Assembly: GCA_000320545.1 (NCBI GenBank)
Contig: ADNK01000588.1
Location: 24,994 to 88,993 of the forward strand
DNA length: 64,000 bases
Source of the DNA: Bigelowiella natans CCMP2755
Taxonomy: Eukaryota; Protista; Cercozoa
Direction of reading: 5' to 3'
Under the pieces are notes generated by a model. The model saw nothing but the letters and a program-made list of their open reading frames with translations. It was not told the origin of the DNA and searched no databases. Position 1 is the first letter of the stretch. Each line of letters begins with the position of its first letter. Position numbers and translations under genes: made by a program. This document shows, piece by piece, positions 1 through 16,042 of the stretch.

Positions 1-244
1 TTGACGGAACACTCTGTGAAACTTCTCTTCGGCGGGGGATTTACCGATAATACGTCTGTCGCCCTCCCGCATTTTCTCCAAAACGGCATGCTATTTACCC
101 ATGATCAGCGGTGATGTCATTTTCGCCTACGACGTGATCATCGTGCTCCAGCTTTTGCGGAAGCGTGGATCTCCCTCTCCCCCGCTCTATCACAACTGAA
201 AAGAATCAAGAAATCGCAGCACGCAGCACCTCCAATCAACAATT

Positions 245-784
245 ATGGGACAAGCAATAAGTAACGTCTGGAAGAAGTTCTTCGCCAACAAGGAGATGCA
301 AATACTAATGCTCGGGCTCGACGCCGCGGGAAAGACCACGGTGCTCTACAAGCTGAAACTCGGTGAAGTGGTTACGACCATCCCGACAATCGGCTTCTGC
401 CTCGAGACTGTTGAGTACAAGAACATCAACATGAATGTTTGGGATGTGGGCGGGCAGCAAAAGATCCGTCCCCTTTGGCGTCATTACTATCAAAACACAG
501 AGGGACTTATCTTCGTCGTCGATTCAACCGACAAGGAGCGTCTGGAGGAGTCAAAAGAGGAGCTGGACAAGATGTTCCAAGAGGATAAGTTGAGGGACGC
601 AGCTGTCTTGGTCTTTGCAAACAAACAGGATCTTCCCGGGGCTCTCAATGTAAAGCAAATCACGGAGGGGTTAGGACTTGACAAGCTGCGTCGTCGTTGG
701 TATGTTCAAGGAACCTGCGCGACGTCAGGGGATGGACTTTATGAAGGACTAGACTGGCTTGCCTCCGCTGTCAGTAAGAAATAA
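245..784 (+). CDS. ARF: ADP-ribosylation factor (Arf1-class small GTPase), intronless
   Basis: 179 aa; N-terminal MG myristoylation site, [22 protein letters not shown] and GLYEGLDWL motifs. Confidence 0.97.
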   Translation: MGQAISNVWKKFFANKEMQILMLGLDAAGKTTVLYKLKLGEVVTTIPTIGFCLETVEYKNINMNVWDVGGQQKIRPLWRHYYQNTEGLIFVVDSTDKERLEESKEELDKMFQEDKLRDAAVLVFANKQDLPGALNVKQITEGLGLDKLRRRWYVQGTCATSGDGLYEGLDWLASAVSKK

Positions 785-1502
785 TGAATCTACTCTCAAT
801 GTCACTCAGCGGTAGAGGCAGAGCAAGCATGAAATCAGCAAAGAAAGACAACTGCCACACATGACCATATCCAATGAAAATGCAGAAAAGTGTTGGCAAC
901 AAACAGTTAATTAGAATAGCGAATAATTACGAGAAATAAACTTCTGTGCAAACGATAGACGTGAGAGGGAGTAGCGTATAGCTACGACTCAATGCAGACT
1001 CCTGGTCATATCGTATGTCAACGTGAAGAAATTGTAAAGATCTACTACAAAGTGAGATATGCTAAGATTATCATTATGAAGTGTTCATGTATGATATTTA
1101 TTCGTGAATCTATATACAATAAGTAGCCTATTATCACGCGTGTAAATATTCAAGCCACTGTACCAAACAAAAATATTGCATGTAAAATGCGTGCATGATT
1201 CGATAACACGATTGCCTCGCGCATGCGCCCTACATCACAATAATTACATTAATGAGCGCGATATAAATGCATTTAAACATTTCATTACATCCGTCTCATA
1301 AATACACTTACGCACCAAAGTCTACGCAATTTGCGATCGCCACAGCGCGCCCATGTATGTCATCATGCACAGCGTACGATTCGTACATCGTAACAATTGA
1401 GATTCCGCGCGCTTGACGCAAGATATCCAAAATGCTACAGCCGCCGCCGCAGCTTCACATTGATGACCGCCAATGCTTGCTACACAAGGTGATTATGTGC
1501 AT

Positions 1503-1540
<38 letters not shown>

Positions 1541-1679
1541 GGATGTATACATGCTATGTACACACAGATTGTACAACGCCATCCGTCATTTTATTGAGGT
1601 GGTAGATGTATGTATTGCTGGAGAGTGCACACGCACCGCACATACGGCTGCGAACACTGATGATGGCATGTAATCACAT

Positions 1680-4596
<2,917 letters not shown>

Positions 4597-5021
4597 GTCC
4601 GATTATTGACCAAAATTGGTCCCCTCAGCCGCCAGGGGGGAGTTGGGGGGGGGGAGGGCGGAAGCTGCTCCCGTCTCGTTGCTTGGAAAGTTGGAAATCA
4701 CATTTTCTTTAAATGCTCTAATACAGGCCATTTTTAGATATATTTTCGGTTATTTCTTTGTCGCAGGTCTTAAATGGAGGGAGCCGCTCGCGGAATCGCT
4801 CGCCACTGGTCCAGATCGATCTACATGTGTAACTTGTTCTTTCGGGAGTTACGCTTCTAATAATTACCAGATTCCAACTTCCCTCCCCCCCCCCCCTCTC
4901 CCCCAATATGCACCGAATGTGACACGTGAGTGTTCATCGCGTCTCTGCTGTTGGTCATTCGGAACACTGCTGCGCTGTTTTATTTTTGGGGAGAGTTATT
5001 CTTGGGGCCCCGGCGGTCCGA
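4597..5021. promoter_or_regulatory. Probable bidirectional promoter between the FOXRED2-like paralogs
   Basis: Only about 425 bp separate two divergent start codons; no specific motif identified. Confidence 0.5.
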
Positions 5022-6194
5022 ATGGGGGGACGAAGCGCTTTTTTGCCGCTGCTCTTGCTTGGGCTCGGGATCGTGGGGGGGGCCAAAAAGCAGCGTAGCA
5101 AAGCGGGAGCTAGTGACTACTGCGTCATTGGGGCGGGTCCCGCCGGTGTCCAAATAGCCTATTTCCTCCAGAAAGCATCCCTCAGCTACGTCGTCTTTGA
5201 GAGGGAGTGGGAGCCAGCCAGCACATTCAGGAAATACCCGCGCCATGGACGCTTGATCTCAATCAACAAGCGCTACACGGGGCGCAACGGCTCCGAGTCG
5301 CAGGCGCATCGAGAGTACAATCTGCGGCACGACTGGCACTCCTTCCTCACCACCACCGCCGAGCCCGCAGCAGGGGGGGATGCGGCCGATGCGGGGGTTG
5401 ATGAAGATCTGCCCACTTTCCAGCAATTCTCCGAGAGATACTTCCCCCTTGCGGAAGAGTACGTGGCCTATGTCACCGAGTTCGTTCGACGCACAAAACC
5501 TCGAATCAAGTTTGGCCGCAACATCGCCGACGTCCGCCGCGTCAGGAGAAGTCACCCTATCAACGGGAACATCACGGCAGCAGCCGCCAACATGGAAGGG
5601 GGTGCAGCAGCAGCAGCACCACCACCACCACCAAAAGGGCATGAGAGCGACGGCAACGAGGGAGACGAGCTCTACCACTTCCAGCTCCGCGTTGAAACGC
5701 TGCCACGACAAAGGAGACGGAGGCCCAATAAAAACGGGGTTGTGGTGACGGAGGGAAGAGGGGCTATTAAGAATGAGAAAGCAAAAGAGGAGGAGGGGGA
5801 GGGGGAAGAGGGGGGGGCACACCGCAAAAATAACCTGCCCCTGTCGCAGCAGAAATGGTATTGCAAACGATTACTAGTCGCCAGCGGCATGCAGAAGGAG
5901 ACAAGTCCCTGGTGGAACGGTGTGGAATTGACAACTAGCTATGGGAACCACGATATCGACCCTTCGCATTACCGTAACAAGACCGTCGCGGTTGTTGGGG
6001 GGGGGAACTCTGCGTTCGAGGTGATAGGGGCGATCATGGGAGAGGCGGCCAGCATTCGCCAGTGCGTACTGTTAGATCAGCACAATCCCAACGAGAGTGT
6101 AAATATATCTCCTCTCTTCTTGTCCCACACACACACACACACACACACACGCATACACACACACGCACGCAGAGAAAATGACAGCGATGAAGCG

Positions 6195-6243
<49 letters not shown>

Positions 6244-6728
6244 CTGGGAGATTGAATCAACACCTATATTTTATCCCCCCGCCCCTCCCCCCTTTTTTTT
6301 GTTAAACCAAAAATCCTTCTCTCCACCCATGCAGGTATGCCCGGGAGAGAAACATGGCTGAGAACACCCACTATCCGGGGTCGCTTCGATCGGCCAACGG
6401 TGCCGCACTAGACAACGAGCCGGTGCTGCGCACACAAGACGCCTTCTTCCTGCACCCATTTCCCCTCCGCCATATCAGCATTGAGCGGGAAAGCTACCAG
6501 GGAGAGGAAAAGATCTGCCTTAAACCCTCCGAAGGGAAGAGGAAGAAGAATGACACAGGGTCATGGTTGGGTCGGGTGGAGGAGGCGCTGCTGCGGCGAC
6601 GGCGGCACTGCTTCGATGTGATTATTCGTTGCCTCGGCTTTGCGTTCGATCCTGCGGTGCTGGGGGGGCTGGCGAGGCGCCTCCAGTTCAAAACCCAGAA
6701 TCAGATACCCAAGTGCGTGACTGTGTGC

Positions 6729-6759
<31 letters not shown>

Positions 6760-7458
6760 TGTGTGTGTGTGGAGATAGAGATAGAGAGAGAGTGAGAGCG
6801 AGAGAGGTAGGTAACAGTGTTACATATTAAAAAAAATCCTAGTCCGTCCTCTCTAACCCCTGCCCCCCTTCCCCTCCTTTCTGTAAACATGCTCCTGCAG
6901 ATACCCTAGCATCAACAATCGTTTTGAGGCCTCGGGGCTCCCCCACCTCTTCTTCCTCGGGTCCAACGCACATGCGCTCGACTTCAAGGAATCGTCGGGG
7001 GGGCTGGTGCATGGTTTCCGCTACCAAGTCAGTAATTTCTCCTCATTGTGTAAACGTTTGGTAGCAGTAGCGGCTATTTGTCATCGTCGCAGTGATGGTG
7101 GTGATGATGATAAATTATAGGTAGTAAGGAAGGGGGAGGAGGGGGAGGGGAGGAGGATTCTCCACTAGCGCTTGAGCGATCATTCTGCCGATCTTCATGA
7201 TTCAGCTGCTTACCCCCCACCCCCTGTTTTGTTTACTACCCGCCGCTGCGCTGTTGCGCATAGATCTTGAATCTCTTCCGGCATCTCCGGAGGCGATATC
7301 ATGGGGTGCCTTGGCCGCATAAGACCCTCACGCTTGGCGAGGACTTCAAGCAACATCTCATCTATCGATACGGTGAGCGTTTGCGTTGAGTTGTGCGTGG
7401 GGAAGAAAGACGGCACGAGCAAGGGTTGGGGGGGTGGGTGTATTATATGATTCATACT

Positions 7459-7503
<45 letters not shown>

Positions 7504-8521
7504 AGTGTTATAGTGTGTATAATACAATACTCTAAGATATACACACCATCGCCATACGTTAACCACTGGCGGCCATAACTTCTCGCTTTTCCTTTTTTTG
7601 TTCTGTTGTCCCTCCACCCTCCCCCCCTGCTCCTCGCCGCAAACCCCCCCTTCGCCATCCTCCATTGCTTCCTTAGGCACGGCCTCCTCTCTCTACCAGA
7701 TGTTTGGCGTGCAATGTGACGTCGCAGTCATCACGTCGCGTGAGGGGGGGGGGGAAGTCGTTTATTTGTACGATGTGGTGGAACAGGATATCGACGCGTT
7801 TCTTCGAGACATTTTTGCTCCCTCCCCCCCCCCAACCGAGTACCTAACGCTCTCGTTCGAGTACATGCCGGAGATTGAGAACAAACTAGTGTGGGGGAAT
7901 AGCGGCTCGAAATACGCAAGTGACAATCCGGCAAAACCGCACAACAACCAGGTCGTCGTCGTCGTCGTCGGAGGAGGAGGAGGAGGAGGAGATGTGAGAT
8001 GGGACAGCTGTTGCGGTGGCATGATAACATAGAATAAAATATGGCGTATTCACACGTGCATCAATCGCTGTGCTCATCAGTTTGTCCACCCTACAATACG
8101 CTACTGGAACAAGGAAGCGCCGGTCGCCTACAAGGTACACTGCTGCTTAAAGCCAAAGCTGCCTCCGCTCCCGTTGTCATCACACATGCGGCCTCGACAC
8201 CGACGGCCATTGGAAAGTGGGATTGAATGCACGGATGTTGTTAATGACGCACGTGTTGTGTTCTTGCTATCTCCGTGTGTTTCTGTCTATGCGCGTAGAG
8301 TGTGGAGGCCTATGCGGAAGAGCAGCTTGTTCCGCGAGCGACGGCGGAGCTGTATCTAGTAGAGGACCTGAATCTCAACTATCGCAATCCAGTGCTGCAC
8401 CTGCGGCCTCTTGACCGCTTCCTGCAGCGCATACGAACAGCTGCCATCGTCCGCCCTGATCCAGAGTGAGCGACGTGACATGCTATAAGTTGTTATTGGT
8501 CTAAATGCCGTCTATAAATGT

Positions 8522-8561
<40 letters not shown>

Positions 8562-8830
8562 CCTTCTCAGTGGAGGGGACGCGAGTCTTTAGCCTTCATC
8601 AAGATCAGGATAGATTCTCTTCTTCAAATTTCCGAGCGAGCAGCGGCGTGTCATTATACATTATTATTCATTTACGATTATTTATGCTCGTCCCCCCCCC
8701 CCCCCCCCCCAGGTACTCGATGTCCTGGTTTTGCGATTGGTGCGAGGAGCCTGATCCTGCTTGGCGTGTTGCGTTGCGGAGACGCTGTGGCGATGACCGT
8801 CAAAACGGTGTATGCAAAGCATTGCTGTGA
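5022..8830 (+). CDS. FOXRED2-like FAD-dependent oxidoreductase, paralog B (about 8 exons)
   Basis: Signal peptide MGGRSAFLPLLLLGLG; DYCVIGAGPAG; NLRHDWHS; VGGGNSAFE; ENTHYPGSLRSAN; SSGGLVHGFRY; collinear with paralog A to the C-terminus CKALL*. Confidence 0.9.
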
Positions 8831-9218
8831 CGAGAATACTATGAATGTACGTTGCCACGCAGCCTCAATTGAGCGACAAGTCACATCGTCATTGTTATAG
8901 AATTATTACAGCGACCGAGCTATGTTATATTGCTTCGAATATATGTGTATAAATGCACTACATCATCAAAGCAACAATAACGTAGCTCTACTATGGCTGC
9001 TGATCGAATGGCGTTAGCTGAATTAGCCGCAAGCGCGCGTGCTGCGCCCAGTGCATACAGGCAGCTGAACTAGTGAAGCTGCATGATTTCATGTATGTGA
9101 CTAACGTATAACACGGTTCCAGACACTGCATATAATTTATTAAGCGAATTTCGTGCATTGCTATATCTGACACATACAAGCAGCTTCTAGCTGGCTTTGA
9201 GGCCTCATATATAGCTTC

Positions 9219-9419
9219 TCAGAAATTATACGTCTGTCGCGACCCTCCCTTGTTGAGCTTCTCAGTGCCCTTCCCCCAGGCGGCCTCTCCGACGCGTGAC
9301 CTGAAGGAGGGAGAGCAGGGGGGGAGAAGATGGAGAGGGAGACCAACAGCATGGAACATGGTAAACACGAATATTTATGTGAAAATTAATGCAAACGCAA
9401 ACATATACTCACGCACTTG

Positions 9420-9501
<82 letters not shown>

Positions 9502-9584
9502 ACACCTTCGGTTTATATATATATATATATATGTACGTTTCAGGAAGAGCTTCTACGATGTCGTCCACGTGCTGCAATTGTACG

Positions 9585-9621
<37 letters not shown>

Positions 9622-9622
9622 T

Positions 9623-9678
<56 letters not shown>

Positions 9679-10073
9679 TGTGTGGAAGGAGAGGTCACTA
9701 GCTTTCCAATCAGCATCCATAAATGCACGAACAATTACATGATCCAGCTGGAAGCCCAGCGTGCGGTCAAAACCCTTAATCTCACCCAAGGTGTTATAAA
9801 GAGAGACGAGGTAGGATGCGCCGCTGCCAGAATCACCAACAGCTGTTACGATATCCCTGGTGGCGGTATTGATGATGAGGGGGGAAAGGGAGGGTGATGA
9901 GTGAATGATATGTAGTAGAAGATGCAGAAGGTGGAAATGAAGGTGGAGATGATGATTAGGACGCGGGGATTTGCTTCTTGGGTCAATAATTCCGAAAAGC
10001 AACAACCTGGCAAGATCTGTATTATTTGAGAGTTTGCTGTAGAGACTATGGTCCTCGTCCATCACGTAACTGA

Positions 10074-10114
<41 letters not shown>

Positions 10115-10123
10115 CAATATCAG

Positions 10124-10155
<32 letters not shown>

Positions 10156-10497
10156 TATTATTTATAATATTTGACGTACCTGAGCGCCCTCCCTTCGAAG
10201 ATGCCCCCCCCTTCCCTGGAGGACTTGGCGAAGCCATACCTGCCACGGTGGGTCGCCGGCGTGGAGAAGACAGAGGGGGAGGGAGGCAGATGTAAGTTAC
10301 ATCGACGAAGATGATCATCAATGTAATGATGATAATGATAATGGTGATGATGATGATGAGGGAGGACGAAGAGAAACAAAAGGAAGAGATTGAGGCAAAC
10401 GGCACTAGAACCATCATCACAACTACTCTCCGTATTACACAAAATGGCTCTTAATCAATCAATACAGCAGTGAAAACCAATCGCTTGCTAGAGGGAA

Positions 10498-10549
<52 letters not shown>

Positions 10550-12223
10550 CACACACACACACTGATTCGTCCCTATTAAACAGTTCCTCCTTCCCCCCGT
10601 GCAGAATATCCTCATCATCTGTGCATGCTTGTTATTACCAGTGCATTTTGGGAGTTTCCCCCTCTTCGGCGAGGTCGGCAATGGCCTGTTTCGAAAGAGT
10701 ATCATCGAGAGGAGGTGAGGCAAGCAGCAGCAGCAGCAGCAGGAGGAGGAGGAGGGAGAGGAGGCTAGGATTCCACTAGAGGGTGATGATATTCTCTCTT
10801 AACGTCTTGTGCGACGATAACGTCGCTGCTGCTGCTGCTGATGATGATGATGATGTTGGTAGTCATCGTCGACACGATGAATGTCGTTGCTGGAGGGGGC
10901 GGGAAAAGGCTTCGTAGCTACCTGCATAGCCGCCTCGCGAGAGTCCTCAGGAACGCGGAGAAGATGCCTGTGTAATGTATTATACATAAATATTTCATAA
11001 ATACGTTATATCTCTGAAATGTACGGTAAAATGATGACCGACCACTAGACCCCTCCCCACCCCCTCTCTCAGCGAAAGTGAATCATTTGTGAGCCCCTGG
11101 GCAGCATCGTGCATTGCGCACGCGCTGCATGATCATCATCATTATCGTTTGTATGTTCGTTATCATTTTCATTATCATTATCATCGAAGCAGCTATCGTG
11201 TACTACCCCCAGATCCACGCTCCATGTTCTCTCATCATCGTCAGCTTTCGCCCAGGTTTCTCCTTCGTCCCCCACCGCCCCTCGGAACGGGCATAGAATC
11301 GACGCACGAACCCCTTCACCCACCTGTGCAATAGAGCGTTGTGTGCGTGTGTGCGTGCGCGTGCTCGATGGCAATGCAATAATATCACGGTCAACGGTAG
11401 AAGTGGCCGTCGTCATCTCATCGTCGCTGTCATCCGAAAACTCACCCGTCTCGCTTCTCAGCGATAGGAAAGCTCGGCTCCCACATCTCGCTTCCATAGG
11501 CGAAGATCCACAGATCCTGGGAAAGTAGCATGTAGGATTAGCAGAGAATACAGTCTTTCGATGCCGCCTATCGCTGCTGCAGTGGCACCTTCTCGTTCCT
11601 GGCCATTTCTAGTGCGGCCTCGCCACAGATGGGCTCGATGATGTCGTCCTGGGTCGATTCGGTCCTCTCTAAGTTTTCCCTGGAAACAATGGGCGACGTC
11701 AGAAGATATTAGGCTCACACTACCAGCCCTCCCATCTCTACGGGGCCAAAAGGAAAACAATGCATTATTTGGTGAAACAACATATACAGCACACGAAGAA
11801 GTACCAGTCCCATTTGGGATCCCCGAGGATGACCTGCTCCATTTTCAATGTCGTATTTCTCTTTGTGTTCTTCATCCCTCGGAGCTCGCCTCCAAAGAAC
11901 TGTTCGTCGTTTTCCATGAATACTTTTGTCCCTCTAGGCGTGAGAATCTCCCTCGTGCCGCTCGGGTATTCTCTTTGGGAAGGGGGGCAGACGCGCTGAA
12001 GCTGGTGCTGCATTCGAATATGCGGGGGGGCTTTCCCAAATGTTGTATGGCCGCTTCGCATCCTATTCCCGGCTGCTATTCGAGCTGTGCCGAGCCGTTG
12101 AGGGTTTATTGAGGCTGCATAAAATATTACTACTAACAGAGCCGTGGCTGTCGTCACAATGGCTGCGTTGTTCGGGCTCAGACTGCGCCTAGGAGCTCCT
12201 ACGCGCCTCGTATTGGTCCACAT
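9219..12223 (-). CDS. ChaC-family glutathione-specific gamma-glutamylcyclotransferase-like protein with bipartite presequence
   Basis: Spliced exons give DLWIFAYGSEMWEPSFP, WVKGFVRRFYARSEGRWGTKEKPGRKLTM, SYVMDEDHSLY and AVGDSGSGASYLVSLYNTL, which follow the ChaC pattern; hydrophobic N-terminus followed by an Arg-rich segment. Confidence 0.8.
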
Positions 12224-12640
12224 GTGTTTTTTCCAAAACTTCTTTCTTTCCGTGCTGAGGCCTGTGCAAGAACAGTATTTAGGATTTAGGCATAACTCAC
12301 TGTAGTCTTGTGCGTCGAATACGCATCCCCCCCTCGACTTCATACTCTCCCCATCGCACAACAGCTCACAACCAGATTAAGCTGGCAATAAAATTAGTAT
12401 ATCGTTCCCCACACCCATGGCAAAACTTCCCCCCGAAATGAAGCTGCGAGCTAACCTTGGAAGTTTGGGGGGAGGCGGATGAGGTACCCTAGTTGACCTC
12501 GGAGTTTTATCAGAGACTCTCGACACTCTCCAACTCGCAGAACCGGTGGCAGAACCGGTTTTTTAATTTTTAAACAAGTAAAGATTGTCAAAAATTGTTG
12601 TAGCTTATATAAATTTTCACTCTACTACAAGTAATTATTT

Positions 12641-12713
12641 GCCGGCGTAGCATAGTGGTTATTGCATCTCCTTCGTAAGGAGAGGGTCGGCCGTTCGAAT
12701 CGGCTCGTCGGCT
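12641..12713 (+). tRNA. tRNA-Thr (anticodon CGT)
   Basis: Acceptor stem GCCGGCG/CGTCGGC, D-loop AGTGG, anticodon arm TCTCC-TTCGTAA-GGAGA, T arm GGCCG-TTCGAAT-CGGCT; no intron and no encoded CCA. Confidence 0.96.
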
Positions 12714-12717
12714 TTTT
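12713..12717 (+). terminator. RNA Pol III oligo-T terminator
   Basis: TTTTT directly after the tRNA acceptor stem. Confidence 0.75.
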
Positions 12718-12888
12718 GCCCCAATTGGTGTCCTATTTTTGTAGAAGCGACAACCAGGAACTGAAGTCTCAATACCTAAAGATGCGGGGATATTACCTGA
12801 ATGTTAGCGAATATCACCAAAGAGAAGTGATGCTGGCTCCCGGCCTCTCGAAAGCGGAGGCCTCCTTCGTGTGAGCGCGGGCGGGGCA

Positions 12889-14413
12889 ATGGAATACTTT
12901 TCAGGCTTCTTTGTACGATCTTTTTGGGCTGTGTCAAGTCGAATTTTCGTTTGAGCCTTTCTATGCTTTTTTAACGAACTCAGACGGGGATTTTAAAGCT
13001 ATTTGGATTTTACAGCAAGGAGGCCACAGTAGTCCTCATCGGGCTTGACAATGCAGGTATGGACGTTAATGGCAAAATCGGTGTGTTTGCGGAAAGATTC
13101 GAATCCGATTACTAATGACGGAGAAATTGAACACTGGGTCACTATTCTCGTGTCTTCTCTCGTAGGAAAGACGACACTGCAGTACAAGCTCCGTACAGGA
13201 GAGAGCTATTCATTCGTTCCGACTCAAAAGCCCCAGGAGCAGGTTCCAAAGTTACACATAAGTAAGAGTATATCACAGCTTTCATTAAAGACGATCCTAA
13301 CCCCGAAATTTTGATGCATTTTGTGTTTGACTCAACCACACCCGCCAGGAAATAACAATTGGGAATGTGAAACTACAGGTAATGTCTACATGAATTTTAT
13401 TTACCACATTCATTCTTATATTTCTAATCTAAACAATAATGCACTAGACATGGGATCTAGGCGGCCATAAAGCCGTGCGCAAGTTGTGGAAACAGTACTA
13501 TAGAACGGTAGCTGGATCGCAATGTGTATATACTTCCGTTAGTCCACATAACCCTGATACTCTTCTTTCATACTCTTTCATCGGCGCTGGTTTTAGTTTG
13601 AAATAAATTATAATGGGGTGTGAATTGCATCTGTACTTATGCGTTATTTCTCAGGCGGACGGTATTGTGTTCGTTGTCGACGCTGCTGACAAGTTGATAG
13701 ACTCCTAATATAATTCTTCGTTGTGACATTTGCCATACACCTAATACTATATTTGTCCTAAGGTCACGTTTACCTGAAGCAAAGAAGGTGCTCAATTTTA
13801 TTCTCAAGGAAGACGGTAATAGTGCTTTATCCATTCATTGCTTCGAGAACTCGTTGTTAGCGTGAGCGCAAAGAGGGAGGATTATAGAGGAAACGCATAT
13901 TTCACATGCCTTAAACATAAAAATATTCGTTTCATGTTACTCTTTGTTGTAGCTCTTGTAGAAACACCAATTGCGATACTTGGGAATAAGTCGGATAAGA
14001 AGGTACTGCACTAGAATCGCCGAGAGAAAAGAAAAAGATAGATTAAGAAGGAGAAAGACGGGGGGTTTTAGTTGGTGGTGCCAGGGCTAAGTGTTTTCTT
14101 TTTCCACTGGTCCAAGTTGCAATGTAAGGAGTTGGTTGGATGGTATCTGTGATAGGAGGCTGTGCCGATGCAGAAACTGCAAGAGGAACTCGGCCTCCCA
14201 AAGCTACTTGACGCGTACAGGAAAATAAAGGTGGATTGAATCGACCACGTTTTTTTAGCTGTTGATCGTAGACGAAGTGAAATAATATGGCCGGGTTTCT
14301 CTTTGATTGTTCTGTGCTCGCATCTGATATGAAATTAGGTGTTCAATACGTCTGTGACTGAGGGATATGGCTATCCTACCGCATTTGAGTGGATAGCAGC
14401 AAACCTTCCATGA
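12889..14413 (+). CDS. Sar1-related small GTPase (SarB-like), about 10 short exons
   Basis: Spliced: MEYFSGFFTGILKLFGFYSKEATVVLIGLDNAGKTT...TWDLGGHKAVRKLWKQYY...GIVFVVDAADK...ILGNKSD...GYGYPTAFEWIAANLP*. His in DLGGH and no Gly2 are Sar1-type features. Confidence 0.88.
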
Positions 14414-14610
14414 GAACACAAGTTGCAACGACTTGATCTGAATATCTATAATCTGATCAGAGAAGAATGGAATTAGAAAGTGAGACCAAATATCACATGT
14501 GTCGTGAATGACGTTGGCGTAGGTTGATCTTGCTCTAACGCACGCGCAATGGCCTTGCGAATGAATCCACCTATGCTCCGCGTTTGGATGGGACGTTGCC
14601 CCAGCGATAC

Positions 14611-15088
14611 CACTGCACTGCATGACACAGCATGCGGATGGCTAGATGAGCGCATTTGGCCGATTTGCTCATTGATTGTTGATTGTGCGCTGAATTGCAG
14701 CAGCGCGTGCACACTGATGACAATTTCTGCAGATGCAAACTGCATGCTATCAATGCGTGCGTTGTGTCCATTGTGTTCTCCCCAAAGCAAAGCGTGTGTC
14801 CTTGTGGTTGTGGTTCAGGCGTGCTAGCGTGCGCCACAGATGTGCGTGAACATTGAAGCAGGTGTGTGTGAACTTGCATCAAACGAATGGACGATCAATT
14901 TCGTCGCCATCATTTCACACGAAAACAAATTTCGGTCAAGAGAGCAATCAGATCGGTAGTCATCCTTCATCGACATCAGCCTCTGACTGACATGCCATCT
15001 GGAAGGTGTCGCATCGATCATGAAGCATGTTTCGAGCAATTTCAGCAGACCGATGCGATGAACTTTCGCCTTCGATGAGATTTCAGGA
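14611..15088. other. TpA-depleted intergenic tract 1
   Basis: Manual count gives 4 TA dinucleotides in about 480 bp, all in CTA or TAG context; CpG is retained. Confidence 0.85.
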
Positions 15089-15396
15089 ATAAGCATGCGA
15101 CAAGGGCTAAACGATTCTTTTGCTGAAAAACAGAGGCATTTCAGTTCAGCGACGACCTAAAATTTCCTCAACGAGAAGAAAATATAAATCGCGAAATTTT
15201 TCGGGCCGATATTTGTGCTTTTGTAAAAACACGTCTTCGCTTAATGGCGCGTTACGCTTGTAAAATAGTGGGCTTTGATTCATGACGACGAATGGATCTT
15301 GTTGTCGCAGATCAACATTAGAGCTGAAAAGGATACGTTTTAGACCATTTCAAGCCTTAAAATGGTCTGAGAAGTCGAATCCTTTGGGCAACAACA

Positions 15397-15810
15397 ATGA
15401 GTTCGGGATCTACTCGATCGCCAAAGGTGGTGGTGGAGGCCAAATTTATGAAGAGGAGCTGGGAGGTCGATGGAAGCACCAGCGTCATCAATTTGAAGCG
15501 AAAGATTCAAGTAAGGACGTATCTTCGCTCTTGCAAGATACCGAAACGCCCTCAAGGAACTAAACATGTCACGTTGTGCAGGAACAGACTCGAATTCCAG
15601 TTCTTCACCAGATTCTATTGGCTAATGGGAAGCCTCTGCTTCATGGTAAACATGCCGTTTGCTTGATACCGTCGAATTTAGTTCTTCAAGCCCTATTCTC
15701 AATGTTTCTAGGAAATTCAAAATTGTTGGACTGTACATCGTTGGTGGTAGATGAGGCTGAGGAAAAAATAGCTAATATCACGCTAACGACGTGCCTTGAA
15801 CCAGTGACGG
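15397..15810 (+). other. Ubiquitin-like domain (N-terminus of the fusion)
   Basis: WEVDGSTSVINLKRKIQEQTRIPVLHQILLANGKPLLHGNSKLLDC resembles the ubiquitin pattern [44 protein letters not shown]. Confidence 0.8.
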
Positions 15811-15969
15811 TACTGCAGATGATCGTTACAAAAACTTGGGAAAATGAGACCTATTAATGCATTCGATAGGATAATATCGACAAGATCGTCCGCCAGCTTG
15901 ATAGTGAGAATAGTTTTTTCCGGGAAGAAGCAGTAGTTCTTCTGGGTATCGTTGTTATGAATGTAATTT

Positions 15970-16042
<73 letters not shown>

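Noticed and set aside
8810-8830. CaaX prenylation motif at the FOXRED2-like C-termini (CKALL, CKALE)
   Set aside because: The Cys is fifth from the end, not fourth, and the proteins have signal peptides.
12842-12862. GGCCTCTC-GAAA-GCGGAGGCC hairpin upstream of the Sar1-like gene
   Set aside because: Too short to distinguish from chance in GC-rich sequence.
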